51,598 nucleotides of DNA from Thermodesulfobacteriota bacterium (GTDB lineage: Bacteria; DASVDK01), in contig DASVDK010000154.1 in assembly GCA_036381125.1 (NCBI GenBank), forward strand, positions 1 to 51,598, in the 5' to 3' direction. Under the pieces are notes generated by a model. The model was not told where the DNA came from. It was given only the letters and a program-made list of their open reading frames with translations, and did not search any database. Of this stretch, positions 21,301-31,640 are shown in pieces. Made by a program: the position numbers and the translations under genes. How positions within the stretch are numbered: the stretch's first letter is position 1; each line of letters starts with the position of its first letter.

Positions 21301-22897
21301 CGGCGACCGTGACCGCGCCGTCCTCCGGCTCGCTCACCGTGATCGTCCCCGAGGCGGGCGCGCCGGGCGCAACGGTGTCGAGCGTGACGGTGACGCTCGC
21401 CGTCCCCGGGTTCCCGGCCGCGTCGAGGGCGACGACCTCGATCAGGTTCGCCCCCTCCGCGAGCGTGAGCGGCGCGGTCGCGAAGGTGAGGTCGGGGCCG
21501 AGCGTCGGCGTGGCGGCCCCCTCGCCGTTCACCCGCACGATCACCGTGGCCGGCTCGCTCACCGATCCGGCCACCACCTGCGCGGGCGCGTTGGTCACGA
21601 GCCCGTCCGTGGGGGCGGTCAGGGTCACGACCGGCGCGACGGTGTCCACCGTGACGGTCACCGAGGCCGGCGCCGAGGCGTTGCCCGCGCGGTCGGCAAC
21701 GGTCGCCTCGAGCGCGTGCGGCCCATCGGCCAGCACGACCGCCGGCGTGCAGCTCACCCCGGTCGCGGTCGCCGGCTCGCACGTCACGGCGAGCGGCGCC
21801 CCGTCGAGCGTGATCGCCAGCGTGTCGGGGTCGACCCCGGCGCCGAGGTCCTCCCAGGTGAGCGCCAGCGTGGGGGTTCCGGTGGGCACCGCGGCGCCGT
21901 CGGCCGGCGCGGCGAACGCGAGCGTCGGCGCCGTCCGGTCCTCGGCGACGGCCAGCGCCCGCAACGCCTGCCCGGCCCACAGCGACACCGTCTCGAGCCA
22001 CTGCCCGCCGGGACCCACGTGCTGGACCCCCGCGGCGTGCCCCACCCACACCGAGTGGTCCACCGGGTCGGCCGCGAGCCCCGTGATGGCCGATCCGGAC
22101 CCGAAGAACCGCAGGGCGAGGAGCTGTCCCGCGCCGCTCACCCGGGCCAGGACCTGGGGGATCGCGAGCCAGGCCCCCCCTGCCCCGTCGGGAACCGCGA
22201 ACATCGGCGTTCCCCGCAGGAACGTCGGCAAAGGCCAGCTCCCCAGGGGCTGGCCGGCGCCGTCCCAGCGGTACACCCGGCTGTGGGTCGCCGCCCAGAG
22301 ATGGCCGGTCGCCGGGTCGAAGACGAGCTGCTCGACCGCCTCGCCGTCCGTCGACAGGGTCAGTGTCACCTGGCCGGTCGCGTCGTAGGCCGTGAGCGAC
22401 GAGGCGGTCCCCACCCAGATCCGATCCTGCGGGGCGTCGAGCGCCACCGCCCGCACCGCGGCCGGCAGCGCCGCCGAGACGACCACCGTGCCGGCGGCGT
22501 CGCGCCGCTCGAGCAGCGTGTCGACGGCGAGCCAGACGGCCCCCGTGGCCGGTTCCACCGCCAGCCCCACCGCCCCCGAGCCGAACGCCGGAGCCGGCAG
22601 GTCGGCGGCCCCCGTGCCGTCCCAGCGCCAGGCGCGCAGGGCGCCGGGCACGTAGGCCCACACCACGCCGCGCCGCTCGTCGGGCGCGACGGCCGCCACC
22701 CCGGCCGGCTCCGCCACCTCGAGCAGCACGGTCGCGTCGGCGGCGTCGAGGCCGACCAGGCCGGCCGAGGTGCCGAGCCACACGGCGCGCGACGCACCGG
22801 GCATGGGCTGGGCGGCGAGCGGTGTGACGGCGAGGGTGACGAGGAGCAGGGCGAGGAGGACGACGACGGGGCGGCGGCAGGCGGGCAGCGGCATCAC
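15367..22897 (-). CDS. Teneurin-like / YD-RHS polymorphic protein (~2510 aa) with a net frameshift near 20010-20070 (pseudogene or assembly indel)
   Basis: Signal peptide, propeller-like repeats, Ig-like DTVAP repeats, carboxypeptidase-regulatory-like domain, NHL repeats (GDGGPA), YD repeats, RHS core RDYDPRIGRW..DPTNLRDPLGL; span 7531 nt = 3n+1. Confidence 0.88.
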
Positions 22898-22939
22898 CGA
22901 GGTCTCCTTCCGAAGAGACGGATCGAGTGATGCCTATGG

Positions 22940-22969
22940 AAGCTATGGCCAGACCGCCCTGGCAGTCAA
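22940..22969 (-). promoter_or_regulatory. Sigma-70 promoter of the RHS gene
   Basis: TTGACT-18 nt-TAGCTT; AAGGAG RBS downstream. Confidence 0.45.
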
Positions 22970-23046
22970 TCGAAATCTCGATCGAGGAGCGACCGCTGTC
23001 GATGCCTGAGGCGAATTACCGAAGCAAATCCGATATGTTGATGGCT

Positions 23047-24033
23047 CTACCGATCTCGCGTGATCACGTAGTCCGCGAGGGCGTGGAGGGCGTCTCTGGC
23101 CGGCGAGGCCGGCAGTTCCGCGAGCTGGGCGCGCGCCTCGGCGACGAACGCCTCGGCCCGCTGGCGGGTGTAGGTGTGGCCGCCGTGGCGCAGGACCAGG
23201 TCGATCACCTCGTGGACCTCCGCGTCCCCCACCTCGTCGGCCTCGAGGATGGCGGCCACCCGCTCCCGCTCGGCCGGGGTGCAGGAGCGGAGGGTGTGCA
23301 GGAGGGGGAGGGTGATCATGCCCTCCTGGAGGTCCTTGCCCACCTGCTTGCCGAGGTCCGCCTGCCGCGAGACGTAGTCGAGGCAGTCGTCCATGAGCTG
23401 GAAGGCGATGCCGACCTTGAGGCCGAACGCGGCCGCGGCGCGCTCGGCAGGCCCGGGGGCGCCGGCCAGGATGGCGCCGGTCTGGCACGCGGCGGCGAGC
23501 AGGATGGCGGTCTTGCCGATGACGACCGAGATGTACTGCTCCTCGGTGAGGTCCACGTCGGCGGTGTGCAGGAGCTGCGCGACCTCCCCCTCGGCCATCT
23601 GCGTCGTCGCGTCGGAGAGGACCTTGAGGATGCGGATGTCGCCGTCGTCCACCATGAGGCGGAACGACTTCGAGAAGATGTAGTCGCCGACGAGCACCGA
23701 CGCCTCGTTGCCCCAGACCGCGTTGGCCGAGGCGCTGCCGCGCCTGAGGTCGGCGTTGTCGACGACGTCGTCGTGCAGGAGGGTCGCCGTGTGGATGAAC
23801 TCGACGACCGAGGCGAGGAGGATGGCGCGCTCCCGCCGCCGGCCCTCGAGCGGCCCGAACGCGCGCGCCGTCAGGAGGAGGACGAGGGGACGGAAGCGCT
23901 TCCCGCCGGAGCCGAGGAGATAGGAGCCGATCTGCTCGATGAGCGGGACGCCGGACTTGAGGTGGTCCTTGAAGGCGCGCTCCACCGCCTTGAGGTCGTC
24001 GGCGACGAGCGCCACGGCGTCCTGGATGACCAT
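23047..24033 (-). CDS. ispB: Long-chain polyprenyl diphosphate synthase (IspB-like)
   Basis: GGKRFRP, HDDVVD..RRG, KTA, FQLMDDCLD. Confidence 0.88.
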   Translation of the reverse strand: MVIQDAVALVADDLKAVERAFKDHLKSGVPLIEQIGSYLLGSGGKRFRPLVLLLTARAFGPLEGRRRERAILLASVVEFIHTATLLHDDVVDNADLRRGSASANAVWGNEASVLVGDYIFSKSFRLMVDDGDIRILKVLSDATTQMAEGEVAQLLHTADVDLTEEQYISVVIGKTAILLAAACQTGAILAGAPGPAERAAAAFGLKVGIAFQLMDDCLDYVSRQADLGKQVGKDLQEGMITLPLLHTLRSCTPAERERVAAILEADEVGDAEVHEVIDLVLRHGGHTYTRQRAEAFVAEARAQLAELPASPARDALHALADYVITRDR

Positions 24034-24100
24034 GATCCCCCCATGCTAGCGCACGCTACGCCGCCTTGACACGCGCCGCGGCGCTCGGTACCCCCTGAGT

Positions 24101-24778
24101 GTGGAATTCTTCCTCTACTGGCTGCTCTTCGGCGTCGTCTGGCGGGCGGTCCTCGAGTACCCGTACCTCGTCGCGGCGGCCATCCTCCTGTGGGTCTTCC
24201 GCGACCGGATCCCGAACCCGGCGCGGCTCTTGCGCCGCGGCGCCCGGATCCGGCAGCTCGACGCGCTCGTGGCCCTCAACCCGGAGAACGCCGACGACCG
24301 CATGGAGCTCGGCGAGCTGCTGGTGGAGGCGGGGCGGCCGCGGGAGGCGGCGGCGCACCTCGAGGCTGCGGTGCGCAAGGCGCCCGACTCGCCCGGCGCC
24401 CAGTTCCTGCTCGGGCTCGCCCGCCTGCGCGCCGGCGATGCCGCGGGCGCGGTGCCGGCCCTCGAGGCCTCGGCCCGGATCGACCGGACGCACCGGTACG
24501 GCGAGGTCCTCCTCAGGCTCGGAGAGGCGCTGGCCGCCCTGGGACGCGGGCCCGAGGCCGAGGCGGCGCTCGAGGAGCACCTCGCCATCAACGCCTCCTC
24601 GGCCGAGGGGCTCTATCGGCTCGCGGCCCTGCGGCTCTCGCTCGGCGACCGGGCGGGGGCGCGCAAGGCGGTCGAGGAGCTGCGATCGACGATCAGCCAG
24701 TCGCCGCGATTCCGCCGGCGGCTCGACCGCCCCTGGCTCAGACGGGCCGAGCGGCTGGACTCGAGGGCCGCGGTCTAG
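24101..24778 (+). CDS. Membrane-anchored TPR protein
   Basis: N-terminal hydrophobic segments, TPR repeats; TTGACA-17-TACCCC promoter directly before GTG. Confidence 0.8.
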   Translation: MEFFLYWLLFGVVWRAVLEYPYLVAAAILLWVFRDRIPNPARLLRRGARIRQLDALVALNPENADDRMELGELLVEAGRPREAAAHLEAAVRKAPDSPGAQFLLGLARLRAGDAAGAVPALEASARIDRTHRYGEVLLRLGEALAALGRGPEAEAALEEHLAINASSAEGLYRLAALRLSLGDRAGARKAVEELRSTISQSPRFRRRLDRPWLRRAERLDSRAAV

Positions 24779-24806
24779 GCCGGCCCTGGCGACCGGCTCC
24801 GCGCGG

Positions 24807-25511
24807 TCACCGATCGGCTCGATGCCGCCCTCCGAGCGCGGCCGTCAGGTCCCTCGCCGCGGCGGTGACGCGCGCCGTCGCCCGCCGGACGAACGGCTCG
24901 TCGAAGTGCGTGCGAAGGCCCGAGACGCTGATCGCCCCCACGAGCCCGCCCGCCGCGTCGAAGACCGGCGCGGCGACGGCCGCCGCGTCCGGATCGCGCT
25001 CGCCGTACGACGTGTACACCCCCTTGCGCCGGATCTCGTCGTAGCGGGCGCCCGGCGCCCCGCCGAACGCCAGCAGGATCCGGCCGCTCGCCCCCTGGTC
25101 GACGGGGAGCGAGGCCCCCTCCTCGACGTGGTGGCGCGTGGGGCTCGGGGAGTTGTTCCGGAAGAGGCAGATGCGCCGGTCGCCGTCGCGCACGTAGAAC
25201 GCCGCCGTCTGCCCGAGCTCGGCGACCAGCCGGGCCAGCATCGGCCGCACGACGTCGGCCAGGTCGAAGGACCGCTGGTACAGCGCGCCGAGCCGCCAGA
25301 GGGTGGGCCCGAGCCTGAAGTAGCCCTCGCCGTCGCGCCGCAGGTACCCGAAGCGCTCGAGCGACGCCGATAGCCGCAGGATCGTGCTCTTGTAGAGCCC
25401 GGTCCGCTCCGCGAGCTGGGCCAGCGAGAGGCGGGCGTCGCCGGGGGCGAACGCCTCGAGGACGGCCAGCGCGCGCTCCACCGCCTCGACGCCGGGCCGC
25501 TCCTCACGCAT
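24807..25511 (-). CDS. IclR family transcriptional regulator
   Basis: AVERALAVLEAF..LAERTGLYKSTILRL; GASGRILLAF; AVAAPVFD. Confidence 0.95.
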   Translation of the reverse strand: MREERPGVEAVERALAVLEAFAPGDARLSLAQLAERTGLYKSTILRLSASLERFGYLRRDGEGYFRLGPTLWRLGALYQRSFDLADVVRPMLARLVAELGQTAAFYVRDGDRRICLFRNNSPSPTRHHVEEGASLPVDQGASGRILLAFGGAPGARYDEIRRKGVYTSYGERDPDAAAVAAPVFDAAGGLVGAISVSGLRTHFDEPFVRRATARVTAAARDLTAALGGRHRADR

Positions 25512-26427
25512 GGGAGAAGAGCCGGCGGCCCGCCACCGGGAGATCGGCCCGGTAGACCGTCCCTGTCTCGGACTCCGTGACGAAGAGGGTCCGGTGCTCG
25601 GGCCCGCCGAAGGCGACGTTCGTCGTCGTGAGCCCCTCGGGCACGACGACCCGGTAGGCCGGGTGGCCGAGGCGGTCGAAGAGCCAGACGCAGCCGTTGC
25701 CGGCGTGGGCCACGCAGAGCCCGCCGTCCTCCGTGAGGGCGAGGCCGTCCGGTCCCGAGAGCCCGCCCGAGAGCTGCACGAAGAGGCCGACCTTCGCCGT
25801 GGAGCCGTCCGGCAGGAGCGGCAGCCGCCAGACGGCGTTGGCCCGGGTCACCGCGACGTAGACGGCCGACTCGTCGTGGTTGAGCACGATGCCGTTCGGG
25901 CTCGGGACGGTGTCGATCAGGCAGTCGAGACGACCGGCGGACGAGAGGCGGAAGACGCGTCCCGTAGGATCGTGGAGCCCGGTCAGGCCCTGGTCGGTGA
26001 AGAAGAGGTCCCCGTTCGACGCGAAGACGAGGTCGTTCGGGCCCTTGAAGCGCTCCACGCGCCAGCGCTCCACGAGCGGCGTGAGCACCCCCCGATCGGG
26101 GTCGAGACAGAGGATCCCCTGCTTGTAGTCGGCGACGAGGATCCGGCCGTCACGGTGGATGGCGATGCCGTTCGGCTCCCCGTCGTACTCGGCGACCAGG
26201 TCGAACTCGCCCTCCGGCGAGACGCGGAAGATCCGCCCCCAGGGGATGTCGGTGAGGTAGAGGCGGCCCGCGCGGTCGAACGCGGGCCCCTCGATGAACG
26301 AGTGCAGCTCCGCGCCCGACTTGTTGGCGTCGGCCCAGGCGCAACGGCGCCCGCGGACGCGGAACCGGTCCGGGAGGCGCGCGAACGGCTCGGCCTCGAT
26401 GATGCGCGGCGGCGGGTAGAGGCTCAT
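25504..26427 (-). CDS. SMP-30/gluconolactonase family protein
   Basis: EGPAFD, PNGIA, GPNDL, PDGLAL, TNVAFGG. Confidence 0.92.
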   Translation of the reverse strand: MSLYPPPRIIEAEPFARLPDRFRVRGRRCAWADANKSGAELHSFIEGPAFDRAGRLYLTDIPWGRIFRVSPEGEFDLVAEYDGEPNGIAIHRDGRILVADYKQGILCLDPDRGVLTPLVERWRVERFKGPNDLVFASNGDLFFTDQGLTGLHDPTGRVFRLSSAGRLDCLIDTVPSPNGIVLNHDESAVYVAVTRANAVWRLPLLPDGSTAKVGLFVQLSGGLSGPDGLALTEDGGLCVAHAGNGCVWLFDRLGHPAYRVVVPEGLTTTNVAFGGPEHRTLFVTESETGTVYRADLPVAGRRLFSHA

Positions 26428-28370
26428 GGGGTCGTCATCCGATCGAGACCGCTCATCGCGGTGAGGCTCCGGCCCCGGACGTACCAGCGTCGGCCCAGGA
26501 TCGCCGCTCCGGCGACCGCGCCGATCGTCGTCGTGAGGGCACCAGGCACGAAGACTAGCGCCGACGCGGCGGCGAGCAAGCCCCGCTCGAACCGGGACAG
26601 CCGGCCCCGAAAGTACCCGGTCTGGACGGCCGCCAGCATGATCACGGCGCCGGCGAGCACGGCGAGGCCGAGAGCCGCCCTCGCGAGGTGCGGGCCCGAG
26701 AGATCCTGGAGGAGGAGGTCGGGCTGGTAGACCCACAGGAACGGGAAGACGAACGCCACGAGGCAAAGACGCACGGCGATCAGGCCGATCCGGATCACCG
26801 GCTCCTGCGCGATGGCCGCGGCGGCGAACACCGCGAGGGCGACCGGCGGCGTGATGGCCGACATGACGGCGAAGTAGAAGACGAAGAGGTGGGCCGTCAG
26901 GACCGGCAGGCCGAGTTCGATCATGGCCGGCCCGGCCACGAAGATCACGAGCAGGTACGACGCCGCCGTCGGCAGCCCCATGCCGAGGAGGAGCGAGCAG
27001 GCGGCGGCCGCGACGAGCGCCAGCGGAAGGTTGTTCTGCCCGAGGTCGAGGATCGCCTGGCCGAGCTTGACGCCGAGCCCCGTGGCCGACACGGCGCCGA
27101 TCACGATGCCGATGGCGGCGCAGGCGGCCGCCACGGCGATCCCCTCCCGGCCCCCCTCCACGAGCACCTCGATCAGCGCCCGTGGGCGGAGCCGCGTCTC
27201 CGGAAACAGCATCGCGACGGTGACGACGGCGATCACCGCCCCGAGCCCGCAGAGGTCCACCGAGTACCCCGCGAAGAGCATGCCGAGCAGCACGGCGAAC
27301 GAGGCGACGATGGTGGTCGCCTGCGCCGTGCGCGCCCGCGTCCAGCGCTCGCGCCTCACCGGAGCGGGGGCAAGACCGAGCTTCCCCGCCTCGAGCGCCG
27401 TCGCGACCGACAGGCTGAGGAGGAAGAGGAGCGACGGCGCGATCGCGGCGAGCATGATGTTGCCGTAGGGGACGCCGGTGATCTCCGCCATGATGAACGC
27501 GCCGACCCCCATCACCGGGGGCATGATCTGACCGACGACGGACGACGACGCCTCGACGGCCCCGGCATAGGCCCGGCTGAAGCCGGCGCCGTGCATCATG
27601 TTGATCGTGATCGCCCCGTTGGCGACGACGTTCGCGGGAGCCGAGCCGTTGATCGAGCCGAAAAGGGCGGAGGCGACGATGGCGCACTGCGCCGAGCCCG
27701 AGCGGCGCCCCATCGTGAGCCACCCGGCGATCCAGTCGAAGAACTCCCCGGCGCCGACGATCCGGAGCGCCACGCCGAAGATCACGAAGACGTACACGAT
27801 CTCGACGACCGAGCCGAGCGCGACGCCGAAGATGCCCGACTGGCTGTACGCCAGCTCGGCGACCTCGGCCAGCCCGAGGCCCCGATGCCCCAGTATCCCG
27901 GGCAGGATCGGGCCGGCGAGGAGGTAGGCGATGCCCAGGAGGACGACCGAGAGCAGGAGGAACCCCTCGGCACGCCTCGCCGCCTCGAGCACGACGAGCG
28001 TGCCGACCACGTACACGGCGAGGTCGGCGGCGTTCGGGATCCCCTCGCGCAAGGCGGCGATCTCGTGGTGGTGCTCGATCATGTAGAGGGCGGTGATCAC
28101 GCCCGCCGCGGCGAGCACCGCCGAGAGGGCGACGTCGAGGGCGGGCGACGCGCGCCGCAGGGGACCGGGGCTGAGGGCGAAGACCGCCCCGAGGACGAGC
28201 GCCAGGACGACCTCGTACTGGATCCAGTTGGGATAGCGGCCGGCGAGCGTCGTCCAGACGACGAAGAGGGAGACGGCCGCGCAGCAGGCGCGACCGACGC
28301 CTCGCGCGGCGGCGTCGAGCGGGTGGGAGCCGGCGCCGCCGCGGGCACGGGATGGGGTCGTCTCGTTCAT
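26424..28370 (-). CDS. TRAP transporter fused permease (TAXI-associated DctQM)
   Basis: GQIMPPVMGVGAFIMAE, LGMGLPTAASY, ITPPVALA. Confidence 0.93.
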   Translation of the reverse strand: MNETTPSRARGGAGSHPLDAAARGVGRACCAAVSLFVVWTTLAGRYPNWIQYEVVLALVLGAVFALSPGPLRRASPALDVALSAVLAAAGVITALYMIEHHHEIAALREGIPNAADLAVYVVGTLVVLEAARRAEGFLLLSVVLLGIAYLLAGPILPGILGHRGLGLAEVAELAYSQSGIFGVALGSVVEIVYVFVIFGVALRIVGAGEFFDWIAGWLTMGRRSGSAQCAIVASALFGSINGSAPANVVANGAITINMMHGAGFSRAYAGAVEASSSVVGQIMPPVMGVGAFIMAEITGVPYGNIMLAAIAPSLLFLLSLSVATALEAGKLGLAPAPVRRERWTRARTAQATTIVASFAVLLGMLFAGYSVDLCGLGAVIAVVTVAMLFPETRLRPRALIEVLVEGGREGIAVAAACAAIGIVIGAVSATGLGVKLGQAILDLGQNNLPLALVAAAACSLLLGMGLPTAASYLLVIFVAGPAMIELGLPVLTAHLFVFYFAVMSAITPPVALAVFAAAAIAQEPVIRIGLIAVRLCLVAFVFPFLWVYQPDLLLQDLSGPHLARAALGLAVLAGAVIMLAAVQTGYFRGRLSRFERGLLAAASALVFVPGALTTTIGAVAGAAILGRRWYVRGRSLTAMSGLDRMTTP

Positions 28371-28412
28371 CGCGCTCCTCCCGCGGATCCGCGTGGCGGC
28401 GCCGGCCCCGCG

Positions 28413-29420
28413 TCAGATGACCTTCTTCTCCTTGAAGTACCTCGCCGCGCCGGGGTGGAGTTCGGCCGAGAGGCCCTCGAGCGCGTTCTCGATGTCGAGG
28501 GTGCGCAGCGCCGCGCTGGCCTTGCGCACCTCCTCCACGTTCTCCCAGAAGACCTTCGTGATGCCGTACGCGACGTCCTCGGGCATGTCCTTGCGGACCA
28601 TGATCATGAACGGAAAGGTCCAGAACCGGACCGGGTCGTCGGCCTCGATGCGGCCGCCGTACGCCTCGGCGAGCGTCCGGGCCGGAACCGTCCGGTAGAC
28701 GTAGTTCGCGCCGTTGGTGACGGCGGCGCGGAAGGGCTCGAGGGACCCGGCGTCCGGGGAGATGAAGCGGAGCCTGTGCGACCGGGACGCGTTGTCGAGG
28801 GCGGCCTGCGGGATGCCGCCCCAGACGAGGGTCGCGTCGATCTGGCCGTTGCCGAGCTGATCGAGGGCCGCACCGTAGTCCAGGTACTGGAGCCGAACGT
28901 CACCCTTCTCGGCGTCGAGACCGTGCACGCGCAGGAGGCGCGTGGAGACGTGACCCGCGTTGCCGCCGGGGCGGCCGATGGCGACCGTCTTGCCCTTCAG
29001 GTCCGCGAAGCGCCGGATGCCGCTGTCGGCCCGCACCACGTACTGCGCCATGCCGCTGTCCATGGCGAAGAGCACCCGCATGTCCTTGTAGCGGGCGGAC
29101 AGCTCGGGAGGGTCCTCCTTGTAGCTGCCGGTGCGGCCGAGGGCATCGAGGTAGTGCGGCGCGCCGATCACGGTGATGTCGACCTTGCCCTGCGCGAGGC
29201 TCCGCATCCCGCGAACGGTTCCGGTCTCGACCGGCGTGATCGTGTGCCCGAGGCCCGAGCGCCTGAGGATATTGGACCAGGCCGTGGCGAGCTGGAAGTC
29301 GTCGCTCGTCAGCGACACGGTCGCCATCACGAGCTCGCGTGCGGCGGCCGGAGCCGGGGACGCGGCGAGGGTCAGGACGGTGAGGGTCGCGGCGCCTATC
29401 GCCGCAAGCGTTCGCTTCAT
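28413..29420 (-). CDS. TAXI family TRAP solute-binding protein
   Basis: Signal peptide; DLKGKTVAIG; C-terminal LHPGAARYFKE; GAGGAG RBS. Confidence 0.93.
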   Translation of the reverse strand: MKRTLAAIGAATLTVLTLAASPAPAAARELVMATVSLTSDDFQLATAWSNILRRSGLGHTITPVETGTVRGMRSLAQGKVDITVIGAPHYLDALGRTGSYKEDPPELSARYKDMRVLFAMDSGMAQYVVRADSGIRRFADLKGKTVAIGRPGGNAGHVSTRLLRVHGLDAEKGDVRLQYLDYGAALDQLGNGQIDATLVWGGIPQAALDNASRSHRLRFISPDAGSLEPFRAAVTNGANYVYRTVPARTLAEAYGGRIEADDPVRFWTFPFMIMVRKDMPEDVAYGITKVFWENVEEVRKASAALRTLDIENALEGLSAELHPGAARYFKEKKVI

Positions 29421-29461
29421 GGGCTCCTCCCTGGTCGTGCGTGTGTCGGGGCGAGGGACCG

Positions 29462-30679
29462 TCAGGGCACCTCGCCCCGCCCCCGGTCGAGGCCGACGAC
29501 GCCCGTCTCCACGAGTCGGGCCACCTCGTCCGGTGCGTACCCCAGCTCGGCGGCGACCTCGCGGCTGTGCTCGCCCACGCGCGGCACGTCGAGCCGCCGT
29601 CCGAACCGCCGGCCGTCCATCTCGACCGGAAGGGCCGGCACGCGGGTCGCCCGGCCGTCGGCGAGCGTCACCTCGACCATCCCGCCGGGCTGGTTGAGGT
29701 GCGGGTCGTCGAAGAGCTCCTCGGGCCTGGTGATCGGGGCGAACGGCAACCCCGCCCGCTCGCAGCGGCGCATCAGCTCCGCCTTCGTCAGGCGACCGAA
29801 CGTCTCGGCCAGGCGCGGCAGGAACCGGTCGCGGCGAGCGACGCGCTGCGGATTCGTCGCGAGGTCCGGGTCCGCGGCGAGGTCGGGGAGGTCGAAGGCC
29901 TCGCAGAACTGCCGCCACTGCGTGTCGGTGACCACCCCCACGAAGACCTGCTGGCCGTCGGCGGTGTCGAAGACGTCGTAGACGGCCCAGGCGGAGAGCC
30001 GGTTCGGCATCGGCGCGGCCGGCACGCCGGTGACGGCGAACTGGACCATGTGCTGCGCGACCAGGAAGGCGGTGTTCTCGAAGAGCGCGCTCTTCACCTC
30101 CTGCCCCCGGCCGGTCGCGTCCCGCTCGCGCAGCGCGGCGAGGACGGCGATCGCCGCGAACATCCCGCCCATGATGTCGTTCACCGAGGCCCCGGCCCGG
30201 AGCGGCCGGCCCGGCGGCCCGGTCATGTAGGCGAGGCCGCCCATCATCTGCACGACCTCGTCGAGGGCGGTGCGCTGCTCGTAGGGGCCGGCGAGGAAGC
30301 CCTTCAGGGAGCAGTAGACGAGGCGCGGGTTGCTCGCGGCGAGGTCGCGGTAGCCGAGGCCGAGGCGCGCCATCGCCCCCGGCCGGAAGTTCTCGATCAC
30401 CACGTCCGCGGAATCGACGAGGCGCCGGACCAGGCGGATGCCGTCGGGGCGCTTGAGGTCGACCGCGACGCTCCGCTTGTTGCGGTTGTACGTCGGGAAG
30501 AAGCCCGCTCCGGACCCGGCGAGGCGCCGCGTGTTGTCGCCGGCGGGAGGCTCGATCTTGATCACGTCGGCGCCGAGGTCCGCGAGGATGAGACCGCAGC
30601 TCGGCCCCATGATCATGTGGGCGAACTCGACGACGCGGATGCCGGCGAGCGGCAAGCGCGGCCCGTCCACGCGGCTCAC
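29462..30679 (-). CDS. CaiB/BaiF (family III) CoA-transferase
   Basis: LADLGADVIKIEP, NRNKRS, ENFRPG. Confidence 0.95.
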   Translation of the reverse strand: MSRVDGPRLPLAGIRVVEFAHMIMGPSCGLILADLGADVIKIEPPAGDNTRRLAGSGAGFFPTYNRNKRSVAVDLKRPDGIRLVRRLVDSADVVIENFRPGAMARLGLGYRDLAASNPRLVYCSLKGFLAGPYEQRTALDEVVQMMGGLAYMTGPPGRPLRAGASVNDIMGGMFAAIAVLAALRERDATGRGQEVKSALFENTAFLVAQHMVQFAVTGVPAAPMPNRLSAWAVYDVFDTADGQQVFVGVVTDTQWRQFCEAFDLPDLAADPDLATNPQRVARRDRFLPRLAETFGRLTKAELMRRCERAGLPFAPITRPEELFDDPHLNQPGGMVEVTLADGRATRVPALPVEMDGRRFGRRLDVPRVGEHSREVAAELGYAPDEVARLVETGVVGLDRGRGEVP

Positions 30680-31623
30680 GTCGTCCCGCCCGCCGCGGCG
30701 CGCGGCGCGAACCCCTTAGGGGCGCCGACCTTCGCGATGTGGCCGAAGAGGGCGTTCGCCGGGACGGCGCGCTCGAGGACGCGGCGGGCCTCGAGGAGGG
30801 CGTCCAGGTCCACGCCCGTGCGCAGGCCCATCGCCTCGAGCATGAAGACCAGGTCCTCCGTGGCGACGTTGCCCGACGCCCCGGGCGCGAAGGGGCACCC
30901 GCCGAGCCCGGCGAGGGAGCTGTCGAACTCGCGGATCCCCTCGTCGAGCCCCGCGAGGACGTTCGCGAGGCCGAGCCCGCGCGTGTCGTGGAGGTGCAGC
31001 GCCGTGAGCCGGTCGCCGACGACCGCGCGCACCGCGCGCACCACGCGGCGCACCTGGGCCGGGTTGGCGTAGCCGACAGTGTCCGCGAGGCTCACGTCGT
31101 CGGCGCCGGCCTCCGCGGCCGCCGCGGCCAGCCGCAAGACCTCGCGCTCGTCGACCGCCCCCTCGTAGCTGCACCCGAAGACGGTGGAGAGCCCCACGGA
31201 CACGCGCGGACGGCGCGCCGGCGGGAGGCTGTCCCGCAGCGCCACGATCCGCCGCAACTCGTCGACCTGCTCGTCCGGCGCCTTGCGAACGTTCGCCAGG
31301 CTGTGGCTGCGGCTTACCGAGATCGTCAGGGTGAGCTTGTGGACGCCCGCCGCCACCGCCCGCTCGGCCCCCTTGAGGTTCGGTACCAGGGCCGCCACGG
31401 TGAGGCCGGGGATGCGGAGCGCCTCGGTCGCCACCGCATCCGCATCCGCGAACTGCGGGACGACCCTCGGCGGCACGAAGGAGCACACCTCGATCTCGCG
31501 CACGCCCGCCGCGGCCTCGGCCGCGATCCAGGCCGTCTTGACCGCCGTCGGGACGACGCTGCCCACGTACTGGAGGCCGTCTCTCGGCCCCACCTCGCTG
31601 ATCTCGACGTCTGCCCGGCTCAC
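30676..31623 (-). CDS. Hydroxymethylglutaryl-CoA lyase family (DRE-TIM)
   Basis: EVGPRDGLQ, LADTVG, HLHDTRG, GLGGCPFAPGASGNVATED; start set at GTG 31623. Confidence 0.92.
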   Translation of the reverse strand: MSRADVEISEVGPRDGLQYVGSVVPTAVKTAWIAAEAAAGVREIEVCSFVPPRVVPQFADADAVATEALRIPGLTVAALVPNLKGAERAVAAGVHKLTLTISVSRSHSLANVRKAPDEQVDELRRIVALRDSLPPARRPRVSVGLSTVFGCSYEGAVDEREVLRLAAAAAEAGADDVSLADTVGYANPAQVRRVVRAVRAVVGDRLTALHLHDTRGLGLANVLAGLDEGIREFDSSLAGLGGCPFAPGASGNVATEDLVFMLEAMGLRTGVDLDALLEARRVLERAVPANALFGHIAKVGAPKGFAPRAAAGGTT

Positions 31624-31640
31624 GTTGCCCGCCAAGAGGG

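Noticed and set aside
14740-23046. Bona fide mobile element or prophage around the RHS gene
   Set aside because: No integrase, transposase, att repeats or tRNA target seen; most of the gene has host-like GC
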